From: Phoronis australis
Lineage: Eukaryota; Animalia; Phoronida
DNA length: 64,000 nucleotides
Direction: 5' to 3'
Assembly (NCBI GenBank): GCA_002633005.1
Contig: NMRA01000033.1
Span: 339,346-403,345 of the forward strand
Shown here: in pieces, positions 12,969-25,900 of the stretch
Position numbering within the stretch: position 1 is the stretch's first letter
Layout: each line of letters starts with the position of its first letter
The notes under the pieces: generated by a model
Databases searched by the model: none
Told to the model about the DNA's origin: nothing
The model's input: only the letters and a program-made list of their open reading frames with translations
Position numbers and translations under genes: made by a program

Positions 12969-14438
12969 AACAAGAGCGTAGCAAAAATCAGTCAAAAAAG
13001 AACAGCGACATCAGAAAATCCCAAATAATTCGAAAACGAGACGTCATGGTCAAAAAAGAAAATATCTTATCAAAGCCTGTTCAAAACTCTATCTCACAAA
13101 TTACTTTCACAAAATTACACAAATTTTTCAAAAATTTTCAAATTTTCCTTTTTTTAATTGGAAGTCAAATAACTCAAAAATGGTACGTCTGAGAAAAGAT
13201 TGTTACAGTTCATTTGAAGGTGTATACCTCAGAAAGTCCACATGCACAAATTATCACGTCATTTCCTCTTCCTGTTCAAAATAACACTCCAGCACAATTG
13301 AAAATAGATGAAAATGCGTCAAATCCACCATTTTGAAAAGAACTTCCGGTTAAGCTGCACTCAATAATGAGTTACAGGAAAATAACATGTGAAAAATTTT
13401 GAAGCGACTGGTCCTACAATGTACCCTCTAAAGAACAAAAGGTTTTTGCCCCCGAAATCAAAGCGCCCACACGCATGGCCGAAATTTCCACCATCTTTGA
13501 CCGTAAATAAATGATTTCCGGCACATATGTAGTACACGTCTGTTACAACAATGGGGTTGATTTTCAGTTGTGTACGCCAAAAATTGACGCATTTGAAGAT
13601 GAATTCTAAAACAAAATGGCCACTATGTCCTGCAGAAAAAATCAGTCAACAATGGAACAGATAATCCCGAATAATTCGAAAACGAGGCTTCGTAGCGAAA
13701 AATGGAAAACAATCTTCTGAAAGCCTGTTCAAAACTCTATCTAACAGATTGGTTTCACAAAATTTTACAATTTTTTCGAAAATTTTCAAATTTTGGATTT
13801 CGTTTTGGAAATTGAAAGCCAAGTCTGAGACAAAACTTTGTCACAGTTCATTTGAAAGATTATAACTTAAAGAGAATCCACATACAAAAATTCACGTCAT
13901 TGGCTCTTCCCATTCAAAATGGCACCTCAGCGCGATTGAAAATGGATGAAAATGCATCATATCTACCATTTTAAAAAGAACTTCCGGAGCAGAACTCAAT
14001 AACAGCAAGCTACAGGAAACTAACTTATGGAAAATTTCGAAGCAATTATGCGCCCTCTACAGGACAAAACATTTTCGTCCTCAAATCGAGTTGTACATGC
14101 GCAATGGCTAATATTTGTGCCATCTTTGATCAGAAGTGAACGATTTCCAGCACATCTGTAGCACATGTCTGCTACAATAATTGTATAAATTTTCAGTTGT
14201 GTATGTCAAAAATTGCATCCTCTATGAGCATTTGAATCTAAAATCGAAAACAGCATGGCCGCGATAACCGCCATCTTGAATCCAATCATCACAATAGGCT
14301 TTGAGCTCTTCCGGAACTACAAGCTGTGTGTAAATTTTGTATGGATCAGACGAAAATTGTGACCTGTAGCATGGAAACAAACAAAAAAAACCTTGGTGTC
14401 AGAGCAACATAATGGCAAAAATGTTTGCCAAGTAATAA
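12969..14438 (+). mobile_element. Helentron-like non-autonomous element with internal ~650-bp tandem dimer
   Basis: Starts AACAAGAGC. AAAATCAGTCAA...AATAATTCGAAAACGAG...AAAGCCTGTTCAAAACTCTATCT repeats at ~12984 and ~13638. 3' AAAC tract and hairpin TGGCAAAAATGTTTGCCA at 14413-14430. Confidence 0.7.
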
Positions 14439-16002
14439 GACCAATTATATAACTGTGTGTGGCCCAAATCTAAACTCGTTTTAAACAAAAAGCACAGGTT
14501 TGAAGCCGCTGCAATATTAACACTGCCTTTAGAATACAAAGTGACCTTCAGACACTGCAATATTGTTCTCACTGCTAATGTTGGCTTATTATTCACCAAT
14601 TACTTAAATAAGACAACCTTGGCTGAAGAGATCGCCATTACCGCAATAGACAAAGCGCCACTATCAAAAAGGAGATGGGTTCACTTGAATTAGTTGCCAA
14701 CAAAGTCCTATTAAGTTCCCACTTCATCTTGCCAAAAGACATATCTGTGACAGTAACTTGACAATAAGGAGGTCCTGACGTCAAAGAAAGGAGATTGCCT
14801 CAATAACACTTTATGAATACTAAGTCAGCTGTGTTTACAACACAAAGGGCAAGTGAACAGATTTAAGAATACGCCAAAGGGTTGATAATATTCACAACAT
14901 GAACTTCTAGTTCAAAAAGATATTATTTTCAATTTAGTTTCCCTGAGCATTTAAGTACCTAGTGGTGAATTTTAATTACCAGTGGGTACAACACAGCATA
15001 ATAGATTGCTGTCTGAACTTATGAGAGTAGGTATATAAATAATTATGACAATGGGTTGCTATGTAAACTAAAGATTAAACTTCAACAGGTTTTGTGACAT
15101 GTCTACCTACTGATTTGATTACTTAAAAAAGACTGCCTTGGGGAAATTTGAAAAAGTCTTTTGACCTTTCTAGCTATGCAAAAGCTCTCTAAAAATAAAC
15201 AAGCAATTACCCCTATTTCTTAGATCAATCATTGTCTTTAAACCATGCATCAATAGAGGTTTCTTTGATAGAAAGAATTGTAAGAAATAGTTCAGAAATG
15301 GCATTTTAAGTTGCATGGAGTGCTACATCGGCAGGTCAAAAATGGACAACACTAAGACAAAATGCAAATGAAAGTGCTCTAGTGGAGTGACACTTGGCAA
15401 AAGTGACTTACAGAGCAATATCTCAGTATGAGGAGGAAGACAGATACAGAGATTTCATGTTGATCAAACAAGAAATGTGTTTTGTAGCTTGCGTACACTT
15501 AAAATCAAAACAAGAAATTCCCAACAAATCAACAACCTTTAGGTAAAAATTCATTTCACCAAGTAATGAAGCGTTTTATTAAGCTGGAAATATCTCGGAA
15601 CACCTATGAGTTCCATTTTGACCGCAGTGTAACTGCTAACTGCCTTTGTTTCCTAACTCAATTTTTGTGGGGAATGCAATATCATTTAAAACATTTGATG
15701 CTCAGCACTTTATGGAATGGTAAGCCCAATGCTAGTGAGTGATGTAATTGAATGCTCCACAGAAGATACACAAAAATAATGAGAAATTAAAGTTTGTTTG
15801 AGCTCTGTCTGACATTGTTGTTAGAATCGCAAGAAAAATGATTTAGGTTTCTCAAAACCACAACCAATTGATGCTCACAGTGTGCAGCCATCTTTATTTG
15901 TTCTCTATTAGATACAGAGTGAATACAGAATTATCAATCATAACTCACACAGACATACTTCTAGGTATAATAGCACCCTCTATTGACAGTAACTGAAGTT
16001 AA

Positions 16003-16474
16003 GGTTATGTAGGACCTCATAACTGTACAAAATAACTGTGAACTGTAAAAGTACATAATTTCTAGATGTAAGAATCCTGTAAAATTTCATTTTTAACTTC
16101 ATACCAATGTGTCATTATTTGTGTCATGTGGTCAAGTTTTTTGGCAAAATTTAGCAAAAAAGAAAGTTACATTCACACTAAAGCAAAAGTATCATTAACA
16201 AAACCAGATTTCGTTTGATGCAAAAGATGAAGAAATGTAAAACACACTGAAATATTCTGTTTTTGTTTCATGCAACTTTTGACTTTTTTCATGAAAATTA
16301 CAAAGTTCTATTTTTGAAAGTTCCTCGTGAAATAGTGGAAAATTAAAAATGAATCCAAACAGTACTTAGGCATAGTATCCTGCGAAAGTTTGTATGAATT
16401 CAATCAGCCATTTCTGAGATTGGACGTTCTGATGTCAACGAAATTTGAGCATTTTTCTATGGTCCTATATAACC
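16003..16474. mobile_element. Kolobok-like MITE family B, full-length copy with TTAA TSD
   Basis: TTAA|GGTTATGTAGGACC...GGTCCTATATAACC|TTAA. A TTAA TSD with purine-purine TIR starts fits Kolobok rather than piggyBac (CCY). Confidence 0.85.
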
Positions 16475-17444
16475 TTAACAAGCCGGTGTTCAGAACAAGA
16501 ATTAGTGGAAGTGTACTCAACCAGTGACGCCTGAATTGTAACACATAAATTTACAAAGGCGGAACGCAAACCAAACCATGTTTTACATTTTTGTGATAAC
16601 TGAATTTAGCTATTTCTAAAGCCAATAGACGAAACCAAAATTTCAAGAAAGAGTCATTACAAGTTGGAGCAAAAATAGTTATGTACATTCAAAGACAGAA
16701 ATGCTGATATTAATATGTAGTAACTTTAAGTGGTTTTGGAATTAAAATCAACAAATCTAATGTAAATGTCCACAGTTTATCACACTTGTATTAGGCCAAC
16801 CAAACCAGGATAACTGATTCTGGTCAGTGTCCTGACTAATTATGAAACCAGTGCCTCACTCGCATCACTTTTAACAAAGTTCTTTTTCCAAAAGCTACAC
16901 AACCTATCATAGGTAGTTTTTTAGCAAACAGGCTTGGTAACTTAGCAACAATCACCTTTCATGACCTATGTTGCTTAGGAACAGGCTTCCAAGGAAAAAG
17001 GAAGTGGTGCGGTTGTGAGAACGCACCGAAGAACCACCAACAAGATCACTCTATTCCGGTGCTGCGATGAAAAAAATTGCACTTACCTTCCACAATAAAC
17101 GCTGCGTACATGGTTCTTTTTTAAACCGCAAATGGTCGGAATCACAAGGAATGCCAATATCAACTACAGCCTCTCAAACAGAGGTGTAATTTATTGAAGT
17201 TTGGCTGTGAGGGGACAATCAGGTCCCACTTCCTGTACGTCACTGCCAGCTCCAGATTAAATATTGAAAAACCAGACTTGGTACCTGGGATAAAACTTTA
17301 GCCATCAAATAGGCGTGAAAGGGGCTTATTTGGTTGCTGTTTACTTCAATGTGCGTAGAAGGTGTGCCAAACATTTTGGGATAGATCTGAAGTGTCCTGC
17401 TATTAATAACCCCTAGCTGCACTGGCTTTGTGAACACTTGAAAG

Positions 17445-17780
17445 TTAAGGTTATGCAGAACCCTTGAAAAACGTCCAATTTGGCTAACTTCGGAACATCT
17501 TATCTCCGAAACAGCTGTTGGGATTCACACGACACTTTCAGACACTATGTTTTATGGACTGTTCTTCGGTACATTATTAGGAATTCTTTTTAAAATGCTC
17601 CGCCTCTGTATGAAGGGCTATTAAAATAAAACTTTTATGATTTTCATGAAAAAAAATCAAAAGTTGCATAAAACAAAAATGCAATGATAGAAAACTGAGC
17701 ATTTATATCAAATGTAATTTGGTCACAATACCATTACCTTGCTATAAATGTACCTTCCTTTTCAACTAAATTTTACCAAA
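17445..17780. mobile_element. Kolobok-like MITE family B, partial copy
   Basis: TTAAGGTTATGCAGAACC end; CAATTTGGCTAACTTCGGAACATCTTATCTC is shared in degenerate form with the 6598 and 49722 copies. Confidence 0.7.
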
Positions 17781-19789
17781 GAGACCCAACTACCGGTAGT
17801 GTCAATTATTTCAAATCCTTCTGGTACTCAGTAACTTACCAGATTTACGCAAAATACGCTCACAGTGCAAGACCAACGCAATCGGACATATTACAGTTTT
17901 CCCCGTCATGACAGCAAAAATGACAGGTAATAATTCTTAGGGCAGCAAAAAACTAATTGCAAAATTTCTTACTAGCCTGTTAATTCCCCTTCTCGGTCAA
18001 GCATTCCTAAAAATATGAATTCAACTTTCAGTAAACAAAGACGGACAGACCAACAGAATGTTTCACATTTCAAGCTAACCAGTATGCACATTCACAACTA
18101 GCCACAGAGGATTGCAGAACAAGCTTTCAACCTAATTCTGTTGAGTAACCCTGTAGGAAACAGAATCAACAAGTGTGCCTTAAGGATGACCATGTGACGA
18201 AAGTAAACATAAAAACAAGAGGTGCCAACATGGTTAATATTATTACAGAAATCCCATGCAAAGAAACGCGACGCCGCAATGGCCTTCCATGATCATTAAA
18301 TATAAATATTATACTCGATCAATGGCTACATACAATAATTAAAGGTAGGCACACATACTGGGTAAACATAGAAAAGTGGTTATCTGAATTGGTCATGGCA
18401 CAACCTCAAACAAACGGAAGGACGGTATTAATGCATAGATAGTGTTCAAATAACTTGAGTATTGGTGAACAGTCTTTCGACAGAAATGTAGAATATTAAT
18501 GGGTATCATGAGACAAATCACTGTTGTTTAGGGTAAATGCAAGATTGCATTACAGCTTAAGCCAGTAAAGTATTAGGATTGGGTACACCCGTAGTTACAT
18601 GATTGCTGGTGTTACATTAGTTAGATGTTTCGCATTATTTTGTTATGCAACAAAATCCTTCAAAATTTCTATTCAAACGTCTCAGAATATTTCGACAATT
18701 ATAGTCACTAACTAAAGCATCTTGTAGGCTTACACGTGTTGTCAAATATAAATAAACTACACAAAAAGAAAACGTACCTAATTTCTAGGAAATTAATACA
18801 TATTTGTGCTCACTAGTAAATTGTCTCCAATTTGGAATATGTAATATTTGATTAAGGTTCTAATATTTGCACCAAGTTAACCAACCTTTGATAAAATAGA
18901 AATCTTACAACACAACATTGCCACTTATTTAAGAGCAAAATAGGTGGACTACCGTCATACAATATTGAAACTAAACAAAATGAGCTCTACCAAATCACCT
19001 CAATACCAAACATGATTTTGCCATGAGAAAAATTTGGATTACAAAACCATCAGAATACCAAACTTACACAAGTCAAAATGAATTGGATTCTTAACTAATA
19101 CAAAGCACCATCTATTGTCACTAAGCAAAACTACAGAGAAGCTTTGGTGAGATTTTATTCATTGATTTTAGAGTTATGTGTAAGACCAGAGTCTGAAGGC
19201 AAGATTTTCACAGCAAGAGAAGCAATTAGGATTGCACAACAGCTGCTATGTTATTTTCATTACATGCAATTTGTTATGTAAATATTAGTAACCTAATTGT
19301 TGCAGTGTCAACATACTGAGGTGCATTGCCACACACACACTACTTACAGCAGACTAGGGTCAGTTGCCAGTATTTGAAAATCATTACAATACCAGTATAC
19401 GCTAATTCGAAAACAATACTTGTTCAATACCAATACCAAAACACAAAACTTAAAAACTCAAATGTTTTCGGTGTTTCATCTGATTTTAGCTGTCAGGTCT
19501 TGGTTGGCTGCTTAAAAAACAACCTTCACAGCTAGCAGTCTGGACATTCCTACAAAGGATTTGTTAATTCGAAGATTAAAATCAGTTTTGGACTCGCAAC
19601 TTGCAGTTACCATAGCAAAAAACGCATACTTTCAGCAAAGCTTTAAAACTCAACATGGCCCGTAGATATCTTGAAAGCCCTGTGTCTCAAAGTGGTGAAC
19701 TGTGCTCACTCTACCCCTTCTTAAAGAATTTTGCTTCATTTGGAGATGACTTTATTGAAGTGGAAGTTAGCTCTAATTGGTAAGTCCTA

Positions 19790-20298
19790 CTGGCGCAAAG
19801 TATGACATACCTTTTTAGTCAAAATCCTTTTTCGGGATTCTAATTGATGTTCCTTTTGTAATAAAGCTCCAGAGACGCTGTCACACCTTTTTTGGCAATA
19901 TCGACTTATACAAAATTTCTGGAAGAAATTCGGAAAGCTGATGCAAAAGTGTCGCATTCAGCTTCCCAACAGTTTCTCTTACGAACGAGTTATTCTTTGG
20001 ACTTAATACGAGACGCATGATTTTCTTTTTAACATTTTGCTTCAAACAATACATTTACAAGGAGAGATGTCACAAAATATACCTAATTTCCACAAGTTTA
20101 TTACATATGATATGACAGCTTCTCTGAGAAATGAGAAAACTTCACTGTTCACGTTAACCGCATTTAGAAGTTTTTTACTTTATACAAGATACGAGAATGG
20201 TCTTTCCTGAGGTGTGCATGCGTGAATGAATGGATGTAATTATTTGTTTGTTTGTTTTTGTACTGTTTTTATAAATGATAATAAATTATCATAAAAAA
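19790..20298 (+). mobile_element. L1/Tx1-type LINE 3' remnant (zf-RVT zinc knuckle)
   Basis: From 19848: CSFCNKAPETLSHLFWQYRLIQNFWKKF, matching the CxxC...ETxxHLFWxC...FW pattern of L1/Tx1 ORF2 C-termini, with the last Cys mutated and an in-frame stop just upstream. A-rich end near 20292. Confidence 0.8.
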
Positions 20299-21341
20299 CT
20301 GCATGCAATTTCTTATCATTTAAAAGTCAGGCAAGATGTGCCCAAACTTTCAATCATCAGCTCAGTGACATCTTTTCAGTGTATTGTGAGTTAGCATCAA
20401 TTCATGTGCCTTTAGAAGTCATATTTAGTGAGTTGATCAGTGAATGGCTATAATATTCACATAAAAAATGAAAATAAAACAAAAATTTCAATCTCAATCA
20501 TTGTTATTTGAATTACTTTAGTTTTTTGTTGTCAAAGCACAGCTAACCTTCAGGACAAATCAGAGGCCACAAAATTAACACAAGTTATAAGGGGACCTTG
20601 TGAACTTAAAGTCCTTATCTTAAAGGCCAATCTAGTTCAAAAACTTAAAGATATATACCAAATTAAGTAACATGTGACATGGCATCACGTTCACTTCCTT
20701 TCTACAGTTATCAAACTAAAAGCCTTTTTGAGCACAATTTTGTACCTCGGCCGCGATCGGAAAATCATCAACTATTCCAGTCTATTTCCCCGACCTGAGT
20801 TCCTGGGCATCAGTTCAGGAATGCTTCCTGAATTAGTCATGTTGTCCTTGAAAACGTTTTGACATTGTCGTGAGCGTAAATGCATTGTTACTTTGTTTGG
20901 CTGTTTTTCGATTCTCACTTTGGATCTTTTTACAAAAAACTTCATTCTTTATTTCATAATTTTACCTGTTCTTTGCATACAACAAATGGTATTTAATGCA
21001 TAATCATAAGTTTGGGAAGTACGTCGCATCTCCCGCAGCCAACTCTCAGCTACTGAGGTCAGCCCTGACTTATTGCGAGGATACGTCAAAATTCAGCAAC
21101 AGCACCTGTTTAGGTAAAAAATTAGAGGAAAAACTTTGTAGATCAACAAATATCTTTTCTTTATCGCCATATCGTAAAAGGGATGCAAAGTACCAGCCAG
21201 AAGTGAGCAATTGCCATGTGACTTAGCCCGGACGTGTGAGCACACGGTGCATACTTGGCAGCAAATCGGCACCGGCTTTACTGGGCCATTAAAAATATAA
21301 AATAGAAAAAAAACACACACAGCGATGTTTCAAAAACAAGT

Positions 21342-22304
21342 TTTATCTCAAAATAGTGAGCTCCACACCTCAATTGCAATAACAAGTTTTATACCACAAT
21401 ATTAGCGTCAAATGGCAGATACAACCGTGTAATAACCCATAAAGTTATCTCACTAGTGAGATAACGATTTGGCGGGAAACCGAGGACAGGGTCAAACCCG
21501 GGACCCTAATATTGCAGGTCGCCGACTTTACCACTACACCACCCAGCGACTGACGTCATCAAGAGTGAAAAAAGAATACTTAAATGAGCACGCGCAATAA
21601 TCGCACGTTCAACAAACCGCATTGTTCTGTACTTATACGCTATGAAAAATAAGACACGTAATTTCCATAAAAAATGATATCTTAATTCCGTGAAATTTTT
21701 CTCTCATGTCCTCTTACTTGTAAATCACCGATCTCTAGTTTGAATGCGGGTATCATGTCGTCAGGATCTTTGACTTGAGAATTACATTCAGTTACCAGTG
21801 GTAACCTACTTTAGCAGACGATAATTTCCCGGTCGAAGCTTAGCGTGAAAAAAACGTGTTTTAAGCGATAATAGTTGGTAAACCTTAATTTATAAATTCA
21901 ATTTATTTCTATAATATTTAAGTTTTCAATTGGTTTTGAGTAAAAGCAATATTTGACAAAAATAACCGGGCTTTTCTTAAAAGGTCACAACCTCTGACCC
22001 CGGGCCTCTGACATAGAAAGTAGTTACAACTAAGCCGTGGAGAGTCAGAAAAGGTAAATCGATTAATTGCAATGTTTCTCGTTTAGTATGTGGTATAAAT
22101 AGATTATTACATGTTCTCAGCCGTTATCCCCCTTATCTAGAGCCCGAGTGGATTTTGGAGAATTATCACCCTCGGGGCTGACGCCCCTCGGGCGATAATT
22201 CTCCAAAATCCACTCGGGCTCTAGATAACGGGGGATAACGACTTCGCCATGTAATAATCTATATTTATCTCAAAATAGTGAGCTCCACCCCTCAATTGCA
22301 ATAA
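21342..22304. mobile_element. Direct-repeat-bounded palindromic element (possibly Crypton-like, non-autonomous)
   Basis: 41-bp direct repeats at 21342-21382 and 22264-22304 (1 mismatch); inner inverted pair TTTATACCACA (21388) / TGTGGTATAAA (22089); long palindrome ~22095-22268. Confidence 0.6.
21480..21550 (-). other. tRNA-like (SINE-type) Pol III promoter head
   Basis: Minus strand has A box TGGTGTAGTGG and B-box-like GGGTTTGACCC at tRNA spacing. Anticodon and acceptor stems do not pair, so it is not a functional tRNA. Confidence 0.65.
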
Positions 22305-22902
22305 TGTGCACCTGTGCTTGATTTTGCTGCCTGGACACAGAAACCAGCGAGGGTCAATCCCCTGCAGTTGCCGTGACTCTTCTCTAGGAAAATAATCACT
22401 TGCTAAATTTGCTTTGATTTTCAATTATTAGGGAAAATACATTTTAAAAGGTCTGTAATGAATAGACTGCCGTAGTTACGTACCCGTTTTTGTTTGTACC
22501 CTTCCTCTCGTCATGCGTACCCCACTGTTAGTTGTAATGACCGATATTGTTCACGATGCCTGTCACCTGTGCTATTTTATTTACATCCATCTATTCAACA
22601 ATCTGTGCCACGTCCTTGATAAAGAAAACATCGCTCGAAACGTGGGAATATTTTAACATGTTTTAATTTTGACACTAGTCGTTTTACTTTTACCATTTTT
22701 TTAGTAATGAATGATTTCCGGCAAAATAGTAGAATGTACACAACCACAGGCACAAAGCACCCTTTATAAAATGTTTTTCTACAAAATGACAAATTTTTAT
22801 AAAGGCACCGGTGGATTGAGCAAGAAATGCCACTTGGCCTGCAATTTAAAGGAGCACTCTCCAATAAATGGGTCTTATCTTCCTCATTCTTGGGCAACCA
22901 AC

Positions 22903-23080
22903 TACCGTAAACGTTTGGGTTAACGCCCTGGCTGGTTAAATTGACGAATCCAAAAATTTGGGGGTGGGCGGTTAACCAGGCATGGGCGCTTAAACGTGAA
23001 ATTTCAAGAAATCATGGGTGGGCGGTTAACTGAACATGGGCGCTTATTACGACATACAACCGCCCTGGGCGGTTAATCTT
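22903..23080. mobile_element. Tc2-like MITE fragment
   Basis: TACCGTAAACGTTTGGGTTAACGCCC end, identical to the one at 35118; repeated GGGCGGTTAA motifs. Confidence 0.7.
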
Positions 23081-23289
23081 ACCGCATCTATCCGAGTCCC
23101 CACACGTACTGGGAACGCGTGACTGCAAAGACCGTTATCGTCACAAAATGCGTATCCTGCACACTCTAACACACAGTTTCAAATTTGTGGACTGTGGTCA
23201 AATCATTCCGAACCTTTGCATAGAACGCGTGCTACATAACTCAGCGCCTCTGATGAGAAAGATTATTGCGAATTCTACTCTTACTTTCA

Positions 23290-23495
23290 CTATACTTTGC
23301 AGACATTGGTGAGCTTTGTTTGGCCGGTAACATGCAATTTTACACCTATACAAATTACCTGATGGCGTTAACTTCCATTGCCAGACCAGGCCTACAGCCG
23401 AATGGGTGATGAACTGTTGAAATCGCTGATGAAAGCATGTCAAGTTTATAGTCCCTGAAACTCCTGAGATTCTATCACGAACTTTTCGCGTTGTT
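23290..23495. repeat. Dispersed repeat family C (reverse-complement copies ~52500-52700 and ~62925-63057)
   Basis: TTCCATTGCCAGACCAGGC and AAGTTTATAGTC...CTGAGATTCTATCACGA match the reverse complement of the other two loci. Confidence 0.75.
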
Positions 23496-24455
23496 ATAGG
23501 TTTACTTCATGAAAAGTCGCACCTATTTTGTGAGAAGTTGTGATGCTTTAGTCATCTGGAGTTATCCTTTCCCACTGATTGGAATTCTGCAAAACGGGAG
23601 TTGCAATAGGAAAGCGACAGAATTGTCACCTAAATAACCAGGTCAACTGGGGTCATCAGTTTGATGTACTGGTGGTAACTGTCATTGTTATAAGGTGAGA
23701 CTGACCATTTATATTTGAATAGAACTTTCTGCGAACCATTTTCCAATTTCAGGGTAAGCCAACCCCAATAAAATGAAAGCTTCCAAATTCAGACAATGCA
23801 TTTTTCTTATTCTTTTTTGGTAACAGAAAACAAGTCCTTATGTAACATGGAAAAATGTGAGGCTGGTTTCATCAGGGTAAAAGGACTAATTCACTTTTCA
23901 TTTTAGATAGCTAAATGGGATGAAGTGCTGCCTTAAGTCAGGTATAAGCATAATAGCAATTTGTGGAACTCAAAAAGGATTTTCAATTGTCTTCAGTTTA
24001 GAAAAATCTACTGATGACTCAAATCCACTCTTCAAGGTGGCATTAATTTTGTTGCATTGAGAAAAAGTCAAAAACAAGAAATAACATTATTAAAAAGTTA
24101 TGATAATGCTAAAAAGCTTTTAATTTCCATAAGCAGTAATGGCTTGTCAAAGGATACTTTGAATGAGATTAAGAATTTATTAAATAGGCATGTATCTACA
24201 AATTCTCAACTAAATTGAAAATTAATGAGATTGTATGGATGAGGATGACATTTTAAATGATTTTAATATGTGCTTTACCACTATTGCTTCATCGTCACAA
24301 TCAACTTAATTATCACGTGTTCTTTTTAAAATGATAGACAGCTGTTGGGTGCAGCTTTAAACCGATTTCTCCTGTTGAGGGGATATCCACAGAAATAATA
24401 AAATATTTGAGTAATTTATTAAAGTGGTTATACAGCCACTCACTGTAATAAAAAT

Positions 24456-24842
24456 GTGGACCAGTTGAGTTTGTGGTTGGTCCAGTTGGGTTTGTTGTTG
24501 GTCCAGTTGGGTTTTTTGTTGGTCCAATTGGTTTGTTTTTGGTCCAGTTGGGTTTGTTGTTGGTCCAGATGAGTTCATTGTTGGTCCAGTTGGGTTCGTT
24601 GTTGATCCAGTTGGGTTTGTCGTTTTTTCCAGTTGGTTGGTTGTTGATCCAGTTGGGTTTGTTGTTGGTCCAGTTCATTGGTTGTTGGTCCATTAGGGCT
24701 CGTTGTTGGTCCAGTTGGGCTCGTTGTTAATCCAATTGGTTTGTTTGTTCAATTGGGTTTTTGTTGGTCCTGAGTTTGGTTTGTTGTTGGTCCAGTTGGG
24801 TTTGTTGTTGGTCCAGTTGGGTTTGTTGATAATCCAGTTGAT
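24456..24842. repeat. 21-bp minisatellite (TGGTCCAGTTGGGTTTGTTGT)n, ~18 units
   Basis: Visible tandem array. It produces the low-complexity ORFs in the track at 24313-24990. Confidence 0.9.
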
Positions 24843-25089
24843 TCTCTTCTAGATGTGTGTGTGTGTGTCGTGCGTGTGTATTTGCTATAGTTTGTGGCTT
24901 TATCTGGTAGATGTGGACAAGTTTTGTTCGTGTTGTTGTTACATGTAATATTCTCGTGTTGTTGTTACATGTAATATTCTTTCCACTCATCAGACAGTTT
25001 TAAGGCAGATGATGTCATTCTGTGAGCGTACATTTATTATGGTCCAGTGCATGTCAGAACTTGATGATCTTTTTGATTTCTTTTGTTAA

Positions 25090-25900
25090 GTGGATAAAGT
25101 TTTTCAACAAAAATCCTGGTTAAAGTTGTCAAAGCTAATCTGGGAAACAGAGAATTACTTCTGGCTTTCTTAATTGATTTTTCAAAAGCTTTTGACTCTT
25201 TAGATTTGTTGTGTCATTAAATGGTATTTACAGCCCTGATACTCTGATAATGAGTCTCCTGAGATTTCTAAAGAAGTTGAGAAAGTTCAGTCCTGATTAA
25301 ATGCAAATGGCTGAATTTAAACACAACAAAAATAAAATGCATGCTTTTTCAAAAGCCTCCACAATTAATTGATTACTATCTTCCAAAATTCAGTAATAAG
25401 GAAATTGAAAGAATCAGATCTTGTTTCGTGGTGTATCTATAATTTGTTGAGGAAAATGATTATGCAGAGTCTGTTATCTTAATAACAACAACCATTTTCT
25501 CCACTTTGAAACTACGAAGATTCTAGTCTTCTCTTGCCTCATTTTAATTATGGCATATTGCTATGAAGTTATAATAATCACAGAATATTTAAATTACAGA
25601 AAAATGTTGTTACACTCATTACTTTTAGTAATTTCAATATTCACTCACATCCTTTATTTAAGTCTACAAAAATCACTCAAAATCAAGGACTCGTATATTG
25701 CAGTCATCATTTTTATGAACTTCTTCACAATTTTTTACAAAATTCAGCTGAATTACCCGAGGTCTCTTCTTCAATATTGTATTAGACAATGCCATCCTTT
25801 ATATACACCTCTTTGTCTCAAATATTTTGCAAGACTCTGTCCACCTTTGTTTCTGTCACTTAAAGCATATCCAATTAAAGTAATAAGATTTCTAATCTTG
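25090..25900 (+). mobile_element. CR1/L2-type LINE reverse-transcriptase remnant
   Basis: From 25140: LGNRELLLAFLIDFSKAFDSLD (canonical DFSKAFD RT motif). Near 25283-25350, KVQS*LNANG-LNLNTTKIKCMLF resembles WxxxNxLxLNxxKTKxMxF. Stops, frameshifts and deletions are present; the right boundary is approximate. Confidence 0.8.

Noticed and set aside
20742-20756. GTACCTCGGCCGCGA, resembling a subtractive-hybridisation adaptor junction
   Set aside because: The match stops after ~15 nt and the flanks look like continuous genomic DNA; most likely coincidence.
21480-21550. Functional tRNA genes (also 55411-55476 and 29140-29210)
   Set aside because: A and B boxes are present but the acceptor and anticodon stems do not pair, so I kept them only as tRNA-like heads.
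24313-24990. Repetitive ORFs (N/W/P-rich, QQQTQLD, GPVG repeats)
   Set aside because: They are translations of a stop-free 21-bp minisatellite, open in several frames on both strands.
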